Translations under genes and position numbers: made by a program
Shown here: piece by piece, positions 56,158 to 64,000 of the stretch
How the letters are laid out: each line of letters starts with the position of its first letter
How positions within the stretch are numbered: position 1 is the first letter of the stretch
IMG/VR virus record: IMGVR_UViG_3300045971_000354
Location: 1 to 64,000 of that record
Length of the DNA: 64,000 bases
Source of the DNA: a virus
Direction: 5' to 3' (one strand)
The notes under the pieces: generated by a model
The model's database searches: none
Seen by the model: only the letters and a program-made list of their open reading frames with translations
What the model was told of the DNA's origin: nothing

Positions 56158-56598
56158 ATGGCCTATAAAAATATCGTAATTTCACCTGCTAATGTTAGTA
56201 ACCAACAATCTGTGAAACAAAGTCAGTTCTATAAAGGCTTTAGCACCGTTAACGATGCAAGTCTAACGAACAAGCTTTACGATTTTAAGCTAGTTGAACA
56301 AGACATAATGAATATGTTTCAGACAAAGCAAGGTGAGCGAGTAATGAATCCGACGTTTGGAACCGTGATTTGGAGTTTAATCTACGAGCCGTTCACCGAC
56401 GACATTAAACAACTAATTGCAGCAGATGTTACTCGAATATTAAACTATGATCCACGAGTGATTCCGACAAACATCGATATTACTGAAGCAGAATACGGTA
56501 TGATAATTGATGCTACACTGTTTTATGTTAATCAAAATCTTTCACAAAAGATGCAATTATTGTTTGATAAAGAATCAGGCGTAGTCACTGCACAATAA
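56158..56598 (+). CDS. gp25: Baseplate wedge protein (gp25-like)
   Basis: YKGFST, TKQGERVMNPTFGTVIWSLIYEP, DPRV motifs. TAAATA at 56148-56153. Confidence 0.9.
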   Translation: MAYKNIVISPANVSNQQSVKQSQFYKGFSTVNDASLTNKLYDFKLVEQDIMNMFQTKQGERVMNPTFGTVIWSLIYEPFTDDIKQLIAADVTRILNYDPRVIPTNIDITEAEYGMIIDATLFYVNQNLSQKMQLLFDKESGVVTAQ

Positions 56599-56619
56599 AC
56601 ACCAACTTAATTTTATCAA

Positions 56620-56625
56620 TAAATA
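56620..56625 (+). promoter_or_regulatory. Late promoter core TAAATA
   Basis: Intergenic, 25 nt upstream of ATG 56651. Confidence 0.6.
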
Positions 56626-56650
56626 TGTTATCCAGGACACTGCATAGCAT

Positions 56651-59600
56651 ATGATACCATCAACAAAAAACCAATTATTAGTTTCACAGACGTGGACTAA
56701 GATTTACCAAAGTTTCCGCAACGCAGACTTTCAAAGCTACGACTTTGATACGCTTCGTCGCACAATGATTACGTATCTGCGTGAAACCTATCCTGAAGAA
56801 TTTAATGATTACATAGATAGCAGTGAATATATTGCTCTTATTGACCTTATTGCGTACCTTGGCCAAAATTTAAGCTTCCGCATTGACTTAAATGCTCGCG
56901 AAAACTTCCTAGAAACTGCTCAACGTAAAGACAGTGTATTGCGCCTTGCACAACTTATTAGCTATAATCCTAAAAGAAACATTCCTGCCAATGGAATGTT
57001 AAAGATTACTTCTATTAAAACAAATGAAAGTGTAATAGATGCAAATGGTACAAACTTAGCCAATCGTACAGTTGGGTGGAACGATCCTACAAACACTAAT
57101 TGGTATCAACAGTTTGTTAGTATTCTAAATACAGCAATGCCCGGATCGTCAGTTTTTGGTCGCCCGCACGATTCTGGCCTTATTAATAACATCAAAACTG
57201 ATCAATACTTTGTAAACAACCAAGGAACTGATCTTCCTATTTTTAGTTTAAGCAAGTCAATTAACGGCACAAATATGACATTTGAAATTGCCGGCGCCAC
57301 ATTTAGCGGTAAAGACTATGTTTACGAAAATACACCAGTGCCCGGCGGCGAGTTTAGTTATATATTTCAAAACGATAATCAAGGTGCAGGTTCTTCTAAC
57401 TCTGGATTTTTTGTGCACTTCCGTCAAGGAACTATGGCATCAACTCAGTTTTCGATTACGCATCCTGTAGCAAATGAGCTTGTTGGAGTTAATGCTAACG
57501 GAATTAATAATAGCGATGTATGGCTTTGGCAATTAGACGGTTCTGGAAATTATAGTACACTGTGGACTAAAGTAGATGCATTAGTTGGAAACAACATAAT
57601 TTATAATAATCTTGCAAATAATATTAGAACAGTCTATGCAGTTAGCTCTAGAGCAAACGATCAGATTGATTTGAACTTTACGGACGGCGGATTTGGCGAT
57701 TTACCAAAAGGCACTTTTAGATTATTTTACCGTCAAAGTAACGGACAAACATATACAATTACTCCTGACCAACTTTCAGGGGTGAATATTACTATTCCTT
57801 ATGCTAATAAAGCAGGCAATATCTATAATCTTACACTAACTTTAAGTTTACAATATACTGTAACTAATAGTAGTGCGCCGGAGAGTATTGAAAGTATTAA
57901 GCAAAAAGCACCGCAAACATATTATCTACAAAACAGAATGATCACTGCGGAAGATTACAATGTCGGTCCTCTCAGTGTTGGGAATAATGTTTTAAAAGTT
58001 ACTAGTACCAATCGTGTTTCAAGCGGTATTTCTAAATATTTTGAACTATCTGATGTTAGCGGAAAATATTCTAGTACAGATATCTATGCACATGACGGAA
58101 TACTTTATAAAGATGCAAAACTATCTAGTTTTGAATTTAAGTTCACCTCGCGTAATGAAGTGTTTGCTGCAATAAAAAATTCTCTTGAACCAATAGTTGC
58201 AGCTAACGGCTTTAAGAATTTTTACTTTGAAAGAACTAACTATCCTCGTCCTGCATTTTCTAATTTAAAGATTAGTTGGTCGCTAGTTACTAAGAAAGTT
58301 GATCAATCAACTGGTTATTTTTCAAATGCCGATACATCACCAGTTCAGACTGGATATTTTAGTAGTAGTGATACCGCTTATATTACATCGGGCGCCTTAA
58401 TTAAATTTCAATATGTAGAAAGCGGCGTCACAAAAACTATTTGGTCAAAAGTTTTACAAGTTATCGGTGATGGTGCAAATTCCGGAAAAGGAGTGCTTAA
58501 TGATGGAACCGGCCCCATTGTTTTAACGGGTAAAATTCCTAATAAAGCAACTCCGGTAGAAATTATTCCTGCATTTGTTAGTGTGTTTAGCTATGCGTTT
58601 GAAACTCAGATGGTTAATCTCTGTGTTGCACAACGAAATTTTGCATTAAGTTTTGATAGAGTTTCAAGACAGTGGTTTATTATTACCGAATCTAATTTAG
58701 ATGCTATTTCAAATTTTGATTTAACATATCAAAGCGATATAAGCAATACGCAAAAAGATTCAAGTTGGATGATTTTATTCCAGTGGACTGGTATTGCATA
58801 CAAAGTATCTTACCGATCGTTAGAATATATTTTTGAAAGCGATAAACAAACTGCATTCTTTGTAGACTATTCTAATAACAATTATGATTATACTACAAAT
58901 AAAATTATTAAAGATCAAATTGATGTGTTAATGTTTAACCCGTTGCCAAATCCTAATACTGCTTCTCAAGGATTAGGTGTAGATTATCGTTGGCAAATTG
59001 ATAGCCCTGTCATTGAACCCGATGGATATATTGAACCTAAGAAAGTTGTTATTGGATTTTATAGCGCAAATAATGACGGTCAAATTGATACACCTGATGC
59101 ATTTACTGAAATCGTTAATCCTTATTATTCTGATAGCAACGGCACTTATCAAAATTTTATCTATTTTGAAATTTTAAGTGATAGAAATAGATATCAATTA
59201 ATGGCGGATCAAACATTAATTACTCCGTATGCAAATGAAACTTCTGCTCGAACTCTTGCGACCTCGCTAACAGAAGGACAGTTATTTTATTTTTACAACG
59301 ACGATGCAGTGACGAAATATACGAACGGCATGTTTGTTTTAGATACAACTCATTTTGCTAAATCTGGCCGCGCATCTATGAAGTTCCATTACATACACAA
59401 CAGCGGGCAAGAACGTAGAATAGATCCGGGAAAATCAAATATTATTGATATCTATGTGTTAACATCAGATTACGATAATGCATTTAGATCATATTTACAG
59501 TCTGGATCAACTACATTACCGTTAGCTCCGACAAGTCAAAGCTTAGAAAATAATTTTGCAGGTGCACTAGATACTATTAAGTCGATTTCGGATACACTAG

Positions 59601-60022
59601 TATTTCACCCTGCAAATTACAAAACATTATTTGGCTCTAAGTCGGCATTAAATTTACAAGGTACTTTCAAAGCAGTGCGAAATCCTACGAGGATAACTAG
59701 TGATAACGATCTGATTACAAGAATTCTTGCATCTATTAACAGTTTTTTTAGTGTTGATAATTGGGAGTTTGGTCAGTCGTTTAATTTTACAGAACTATCA
59801 ACCTACGTGCTAAATCAAATGACACCGGACATTTTAAATTTTATTATTGTTCCTAAGAATTCGAATATTCCGTTTGGTAGTTTATTTGAAATTGCATGTC
59901 AGTCTAACGAAATTTTAGTTAGCGGTGCAACAGCAAGCGACATAGAAATTATCGATTCAGTTACATCATCACAAATTAATGCAGTATCACCAATCATTAC
60001 AAATACAAATGCGAGCACATAA
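56651..60022 (+). CDS. gp6: Baseplate wedge protein (gp6-like, 1123 aa)
   Basis: DFDTLR, FNDYIDSS, ENFLETAQRKDSVLRLAQLISYNPKR, ESIESIKQKAP..QNRMITAEDY motifs. Confidence 0.9.
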   Translation: MIPSTKNQLLVSQTWTKIYQSFRNADFQSYDFDTLRRTMITYLRETYPEEFNDYIDSSEYIALIDLIAYLGQNLSFRIDLNARENFLETAQRKDSVLRLAQLISYNPKRNIPANGMLKITSIKTNESVIDANGTNLANRTVGWNDPTNTNWYQQFVSILNTAMPGSSVFGRPHDSGLINNIKTDQYFVNNQGTDLPIFSLSKSINGTNMTFEIAGATFSGKDYVYENTPVPGGEFSYIFQNDNQGAGSSNSGFFVHFRQGTMASTQFSITHPVANELVGVNANGINNSDVWLWQLDGSGNYSTLWTKVDALVGNNIIYNNLANNIRTVYAVSSRANDQIDLNFTDGGFGDLPKGTFRLFYRQSNGQTYTITPDQLSGVNITIPYANKAGNIYNLTLTLSLQYTVTNSSAPESIESIKQKAPQTYYLQNRMITAEDYNVGPLSVGNNVLKVTSTNRVSSGISKYFELSDVSGKYSSTDIYAHDGILYKDAKLSSFEFKFTSRNEVFAAIKNSLEPIVAANGFKNFYFERTNYPRPAFSNLKISWSLVTKKVDQSTGYFSNADTSPVQTGYFSSSDTAYITSGALIKFQYVESGVTKTIWSKVLQVIGDGANSGKGVLNDGTGPIVLTGKIPNKATPVEIIPAFVSVFSYAFETQMVNLCVAQRNFALSFDRVSRQWFIITESNLDAISNFDLTYQSDISNTQKDSSWMILFQWTGIAYKVSYRSLEYIFESDKQTAFFVDYSNNNYDYTTNKIIKDQIDVLMFNPLPNPNTASQGLGVDYRWQIDSPVIEPDGYIEPKKVVIGFYSANNDGQIDTPDAFTEIVNPYYSDSNGTYQNFIYFEILSDRNRYQLMADQTLITPYANETSARTLATSLTEGQLFYFYNDDAVTKYTNGMFVLDTTHFAKSGRASMKFHYIHNSGQERRIDPGKSNIIDIYVLTSDYDNAFRSYLQSGSTTLPLAPTSQSLENNFAGALDTIKSISDTLVFHPANYKTLFGSKSALNLQGTFKAVRNPTRITSDNDLITRILASINSFFSVDNWEFGQSFNFTELSTYVLNQMTPDILNFIIVPKNSNIPFGSLFEIACQSNEILVSGATASDIEIIDSVTSSQINAVSPIITNTNAST

Positions 60023-60024
60023 TA

Positions 60025-63000
60025 ATGGCAAGTAGAGACATTTCAAAACCAGTCGACATTAATAATTCATCGGTTACCCGCCGCTCATCGGATTTATTGC
60101 CCGGTTATCTTAGAACAGATAAGAACACTAAATTTTTAGCTAGCACGTTAGATCAATTTATTCAACAACCTGAATTAGAGCGCGTTAACGGATTTGTAGG
60201 AAGCAAAGAAAGTGTAAACTATAATGCATCTACTGATAATTATATTGACGGCGGAACTCCTTTACGTAATGCATATCAACTAGAGCCTAGTCTTGTAATT
60301 AAGGATGTACAAGGGGCGATTAATATAGCATTAGGATATGATGATCTTATTAATGAATTAGGATTTTCAGGAGCAGATACCTCCAATTTAGATAGAATGT
60401 TTAGACCACGTTCGCATTCTTATGATCCTAGAATTGATTGGGATAAGTTTGTTAATTATAATCAATATTACTGGATGCCGCTCGGCCCTGATGTTATTGA
60501 GATTACCGGGTTGCAAAAGCATACAGTTAGTACATATTCAGTTACTGATTCTGCTGACGGTAACTCATTAATTTTCATGCCTGACGGGTTAACTCCTACT
60601 CCTCTATTAACATTGTACAGAGGCATGACTTACATTTTTAATGTAACTAGTAAATATTCTTTCTATATCAAGACATCATATGTTATCGGAGCATCTAATT
60701 TATACGAAGGCGCATCTGGTAATGGATCTAAAAATGGGCAGGTAGTTCTTACTGTTGATGATTTTACTCCTAACACTTTATTTTATTTTGCCGAAGGAAA
60801 TCCAAATGCCATCGGCCAGATTTCCATTAAGACACTTTCTGAAGATACTGTGATTGATGTTGATGCATCGATTGTAGGGAAAGAAACATTTACTGCTAAT
60901 AACGGTATTACACTTAGCAACGGAATGAAGATTAAATTTGCAGGTTCGGTAACTCCTGCATATTACGAAAACAAGGAATTTTTTGTAGAAGGTGTTGGCA
61001 GTGCAATTGTGTTGGTTGATTTTGCTAGTTTAACTAACGTTGGAACTGGAACAACAAATATAGATCCTAATTTTGATGCTACTCCTTTTGATCAATATCC
61101 GTTTGATGATTTCCAATTCCTGCCATTGACTCCTGAATATATTACTAGCAACCGTGCAAGCCCTGATGCAAACCCGTGGGCACGGTATAATCGTTGGGTT
61201 CATAAAGACGTTATTGCAGTCACCGCAACTGCAAATAATGTTCCATTAGTATACCCTAATGAGATGAGAGCACACCGTCCGATTGTTGAGTTTGTAGCAG
61301 GTCTGCAACTTTACAATTCTGGTGCAATCGCTAAACAATATGTAGATTTAATCGATACTTCCACTGCTAATGCTTTTTCGACTGTAGAAGGTACTCCTGG
61401 ATTTTATATTGATGGTGTATTAGTTGAGCAAGGCCATCGTGTTATTTTTAATGCAGATACTGATTCTCTTGTTAGGGGTAAAATTTACGAAGTAAAGTTT
61501 GTAATTATTAACAATCAACAAATTATTAATTTAGAAGAAACACTAGATAGCACACCATTTATAAACAATGCTGTTCTTGCAATCAGAGGAACACAGTATG
61601 CAGGATCTAATTGGTGGTTCAACGGCGACAAGTGGGTATTTGGACAACAAAAGACATTAACAAATCAGCTTCCGTTATTTGAATTATATGATAATCAAGG
61701 AAACCGTTTCTCTGATCAATCAATATATCAAAGTTCGTTCCTTGGAACTAGGGTTTTTAATTATGCAGTTGGAACAGGAAGTAATGATCCTGTTTTAGGA
61801 TTTCCATTTACCTACCGAAATATTTCAAGTGTTGGAGAGTATCTGTTTAACAATTATTATATGACAGATAAATTTAACAACTTTAAGAATGGTGCAGTTG
61901 AAGTTATTAATGTATCAACTGGATTTTTAAAATTAAACGATGCTACCGGCAACTCAACATTTATTACAGTATGGTCTCCTGCCGCTACTCGTGCTGTTTC
62001 AGTTAATTCTAGCAGATTTTATGAGCCGCCTACTAATTTAACTAATAATCCGTTAAACGGATCTATTACTGATTTCTCTTTCTCAGAATTAAGCGATCAT
62101 GCTAAAACTATTGCTGATAACAACAGTAAATTTATTGGAGTGTTCCCAGGAACCAATAATCTTAGAGATTTAAAAAATATAAGCACGTTTGGTACTCGTT
62201 TAGTTAGTCACGATAACCCTATGAGCTTTGCACATTATTTTTTAGGAACTAAAGAAAATAATATTATTGATGCAATTAGAAAAGTATCGAATGATTATAA
62301 TCAGTTTAAATCTGTATTACTTAGGAATATTCCTAAGTTTAAAGGAACATATACCGCTGCAGAAACATTAGATAATATTTTAGTATCTTTAAATTCTACT
62401 AAAGACACGACAGCATCTTATAACTATTCAGATATGCTTGCTCACGGAAGCAGTAATGTTTCTAGAAAATTTACAGTAACTGATAGTCGAAATGTTCGAT
62501 ATAGTCTTGCATCATTATTTGATGACAGCATATTATCTGAACGTGCAGTTTTAGTTTATGTTAATGATTCTATATTAGTTAACAAGCACGATTATCTAAT
62601 TGAACAATATACTCCTACGATTACTATTAGCAAACCGTTAGTTAAAGGCGATATAATTACTATTTTAGATTATAGTAGCACAGTAGGTAGTTTTGTACCT
62701 TCTACTCCTACTAAACTAGGACTATACCCAAAGTTTGCACCTAAAATATATGTCGACGATACATATATTACTCCGCAGTGTGTAATACAAGGGCATGACG
62801 GCAATATTATGATTGCATTTACTTCGGTTGATGCATTTAAAAATAACAACATTGATGATCGAGATTTAGTTATCATGGAATATGAATCTCGTATTTTCAA
62901 TAATCTAAAGATACAGTATAATCCTGAGTTATTAGATATTAATTCTATAATTCCGGGTGCATTTAGAAAAACTGATTTTTTACCGAATGAAATTACTAAA

Positions 63001-63999
63001 TTTATTACTCCTGATTTCTTACGTTGGGCAAGTTATTTCGGGGTAGATTATCAGACTAAAGTATCTGATGGGCATCCATTTACATATAACTATTCAGGGT
63101 CGTTTGATTCTATCTCTAACGCACCTGTTTCTGGATATTGGAGAAATATTTATAAGCATTTCTTTGACACCGATCGCCCGCATACTCATCCTTGGGAAAT
63201 GCTTGGTTTTACTGAGCAACCTATATGGTGGGAATCTGTATATGGCCCAGCGCCGTATACTTCCGGTAATGGAGTGATGTGGAAAGATCTCGAAGATGGA
63301 CGTATTGCCTCGGGTACTCGAGCAGGAATTGACTCAATGTATGCTCGTCCAGGATTACATAAAATTATTCCAGTAGATGCAAGCGGAGTATTATTGGATC
63401 CAATTGATGCGGGTATTACAGATACTACAAATATTAGTTTAGAGGTGTCGTTATGGCAAGCAGGGGATTGTGCTCCTGCAGAAACTACATGGCGTAGAAG
63501 CAGTTATTGGCCTTTCGTTTGCCAAGTTGTACTAGCACTTGCTAACCCTGCATCATATGCAGCATTATGTTTTGACCCTAGTAGAATGCATAAAAATATT
63601 GCAGGTCAATATAAGTACGGCACATCTGGCATATTTTTAAATCCAACTAACGTTTTATTATTCAGAGACACTGTAAATAACACTAGAGTATTATCTAGTG
63701 GATACAGTGTATTTGTGATTGAGGCAGGTATTGCTAGAAATATAAATTATCTTAATGTTTTAAACTCAGATTTTGCAAATTTAGATTATAACTTGATGGT
63801 TAAGTTAGGAGGTTTTGCAAGTAAAGAAAAATTACAAGTGGGTATTGATTCAGTTGATCCTACTAGCACATATGCTGGCTCGTTAGTGCCAAGTGAAGAT
63901 TATACAATATTTTATAATCAAAGTTCTCCGATTGACAGCATTAATATTTCAGGACTTGTAATTCAAAAAACTGAAAGAGGATGGATGGTAAAAGGTTAC
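60025..63999 (+). CDS. Large baseplate wedge protein (gp7-like), truncated by window end (>1325 aa)
   Basis: Absent from the ORF track. ATG 60025 follows the gp6 stop and reads MASRDISKPVDINNSSVTRRSSDLLPGYLRTDKNTKFLASTLDQF...; the same frame is still open at the window end. Confidence 0.75.
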   Translation, partial: MASRDISKPVDINNSSVTRRSSDLLPGYLRTDKNTKFLASTLDQFIQQPELERVNGFVGSKESVNYNASTDNYIDGGTPLRNAYQLEPSLVIKDVQGAINIALGYDDLINELGFSGADTSNLDRMFRPRSHSYDPRIDWDKFVNYNQYYWMPLGPDVIEITGLQKHTVSTYSVTDSADGNSLIFMPDGLTPTPLLTLYRGMTYIFNVTSKYSFYIKTSYVIGASNLYEGASGNGSKNGQVVLTVDDFTPNTLFYFAEGNPNAIGQISIKTLSEDTVIDVDASIVGKETFTANNGITLSNGMKIKFAGSVTPAYYENKEFFVEGVGSAIVLVDFASLTNVGTGTTNIDPNFDATPFDQYPFDDFQFLPLTPEYITSNRASPDANPWARYNRWVHKDVIAVTATANNVPLVYPNEMRAHRPIVEFVAGLQLYNSGAIAKQYVDLIDTSTANAFSTVEGTPGFYIDGVLVEQGHRVIFNADTDSLVRGKIYEVKFVIINNQQIINLEETLDSTPFINNAVLAIRGTQYAGSNWWFNGDKWVFGQQKTLTNQLPLFELYDNQGNRFSDQSIYQSSFLGTRVFNYAVGTGSNDPVLGFPFTYRNISSVGEYLFNNYYMTDKFNNFKNGAVEVINVSTGFLKLNDATGNSTFITVWSPAATRAVSVNSSRFYEPPTNLTNNPLNGSITDFSFSELSDHAKTIADNNSKFIGVFPGTNNLRDLKNISTFGTRLVSHDNPMSFAHYFLGTKENNIIDAIRKVSNDYNQFKSVLLRNIPKFKGTYTAAETLDNILVSLNSTKDTTASYNYSDMLAHGSSNVSRKFTVTDSRNVRYSLASLFDDSILSERAVLVYVNDSILVNKHDYLIEQYTPTITISKPLVKGDIITILDYSSTVGSFVPSTPTKLGLYPKFAPKIYVDDTYITPQCVIQGHDGNIMIAFTSVDAFKNNNIDDRDLVIMEYESRIFNNLKIQYNPELLDINSIIPGAFRKTDFLPNEITKFITPDFLRWASYFGVDYQTKVSDGHPFTYNYSGSFDSISNAPVSGYWRNIYKHFFDTDRPHTHPWEMLGFTEQPIWWESVYGPAPYTSGNGVMWKDLEDGRIASGTRAGIDSMYARPGLHKIIPVDASGVLLDPIDAGITDTTNISLEVSLWQAGDCAPAETTWRRSSYWPFVCQVVLALANPASYAALCFDPSRMHKNIAGQYKYGTSGIFLNPTNVLLFRDTVNNTRVLSSGYSVFVIEAGIARNINYLNVLNSDFANLDYNLMVKLGGFASKEKLQVGIDSVDPTSTYAGSLVPSEDYTIFYNQSSPIDSINISGLVIQKTERGWMVKGY

Positions 64000-64000
64000 G

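Noticed and set aside
1-64000. Stop-codon reassignment
   Set aside because: Coding density is near complete under code 11, and TAG (30154, 45411) and TGA (49148) end genes at expected positions.

Overview
Structural and late-gene region of a large T4-like (Tevenvirinae-type, probably jumbo) myophage, using the standard genetic code. On the minus strand, 1-32.5 kb is a cluster of very long Thr/Ser/Ala/Gly-rich fibre-like genes plus a 3963-aa virion protein. Next come a GH19 lysin, a free-standing HNH endonuclease, the head module (gp23, gp22, gp21, acidic core protein, portal gp20) and a tape-measure-like gene. These are followed by a gp26-like gene with an apparent programmed -1 frameshift, a ~500-nt ORF-free structured region behind a GIY-YIG (DenA-like) nuclease, Hc1-like, gp46, gp47 and the gp55 late sigma factor. 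On the plus strand is a baseplate operon (gp53, hub, gp5 with a lambda-type lysozyme, gp25, gp6, gp7-like running off the end). T4-type late promoter cores (TAAATA) precede most late units. Three observations stand out. (1) The giant virion protein carries 19 repeats of ~160 aa that resemble phycobiliprotein (globin-fold) subunits and all keep the bilin-attachment C-x-R-D motif. (2) A slippery site plus stem-loop gives a -1 frameshift at 43939. (3) There is a candidate large structured ncRNA or replication origin at ~44890-45410. All protein family calls are from motif recognition by eye; no database searches were run.
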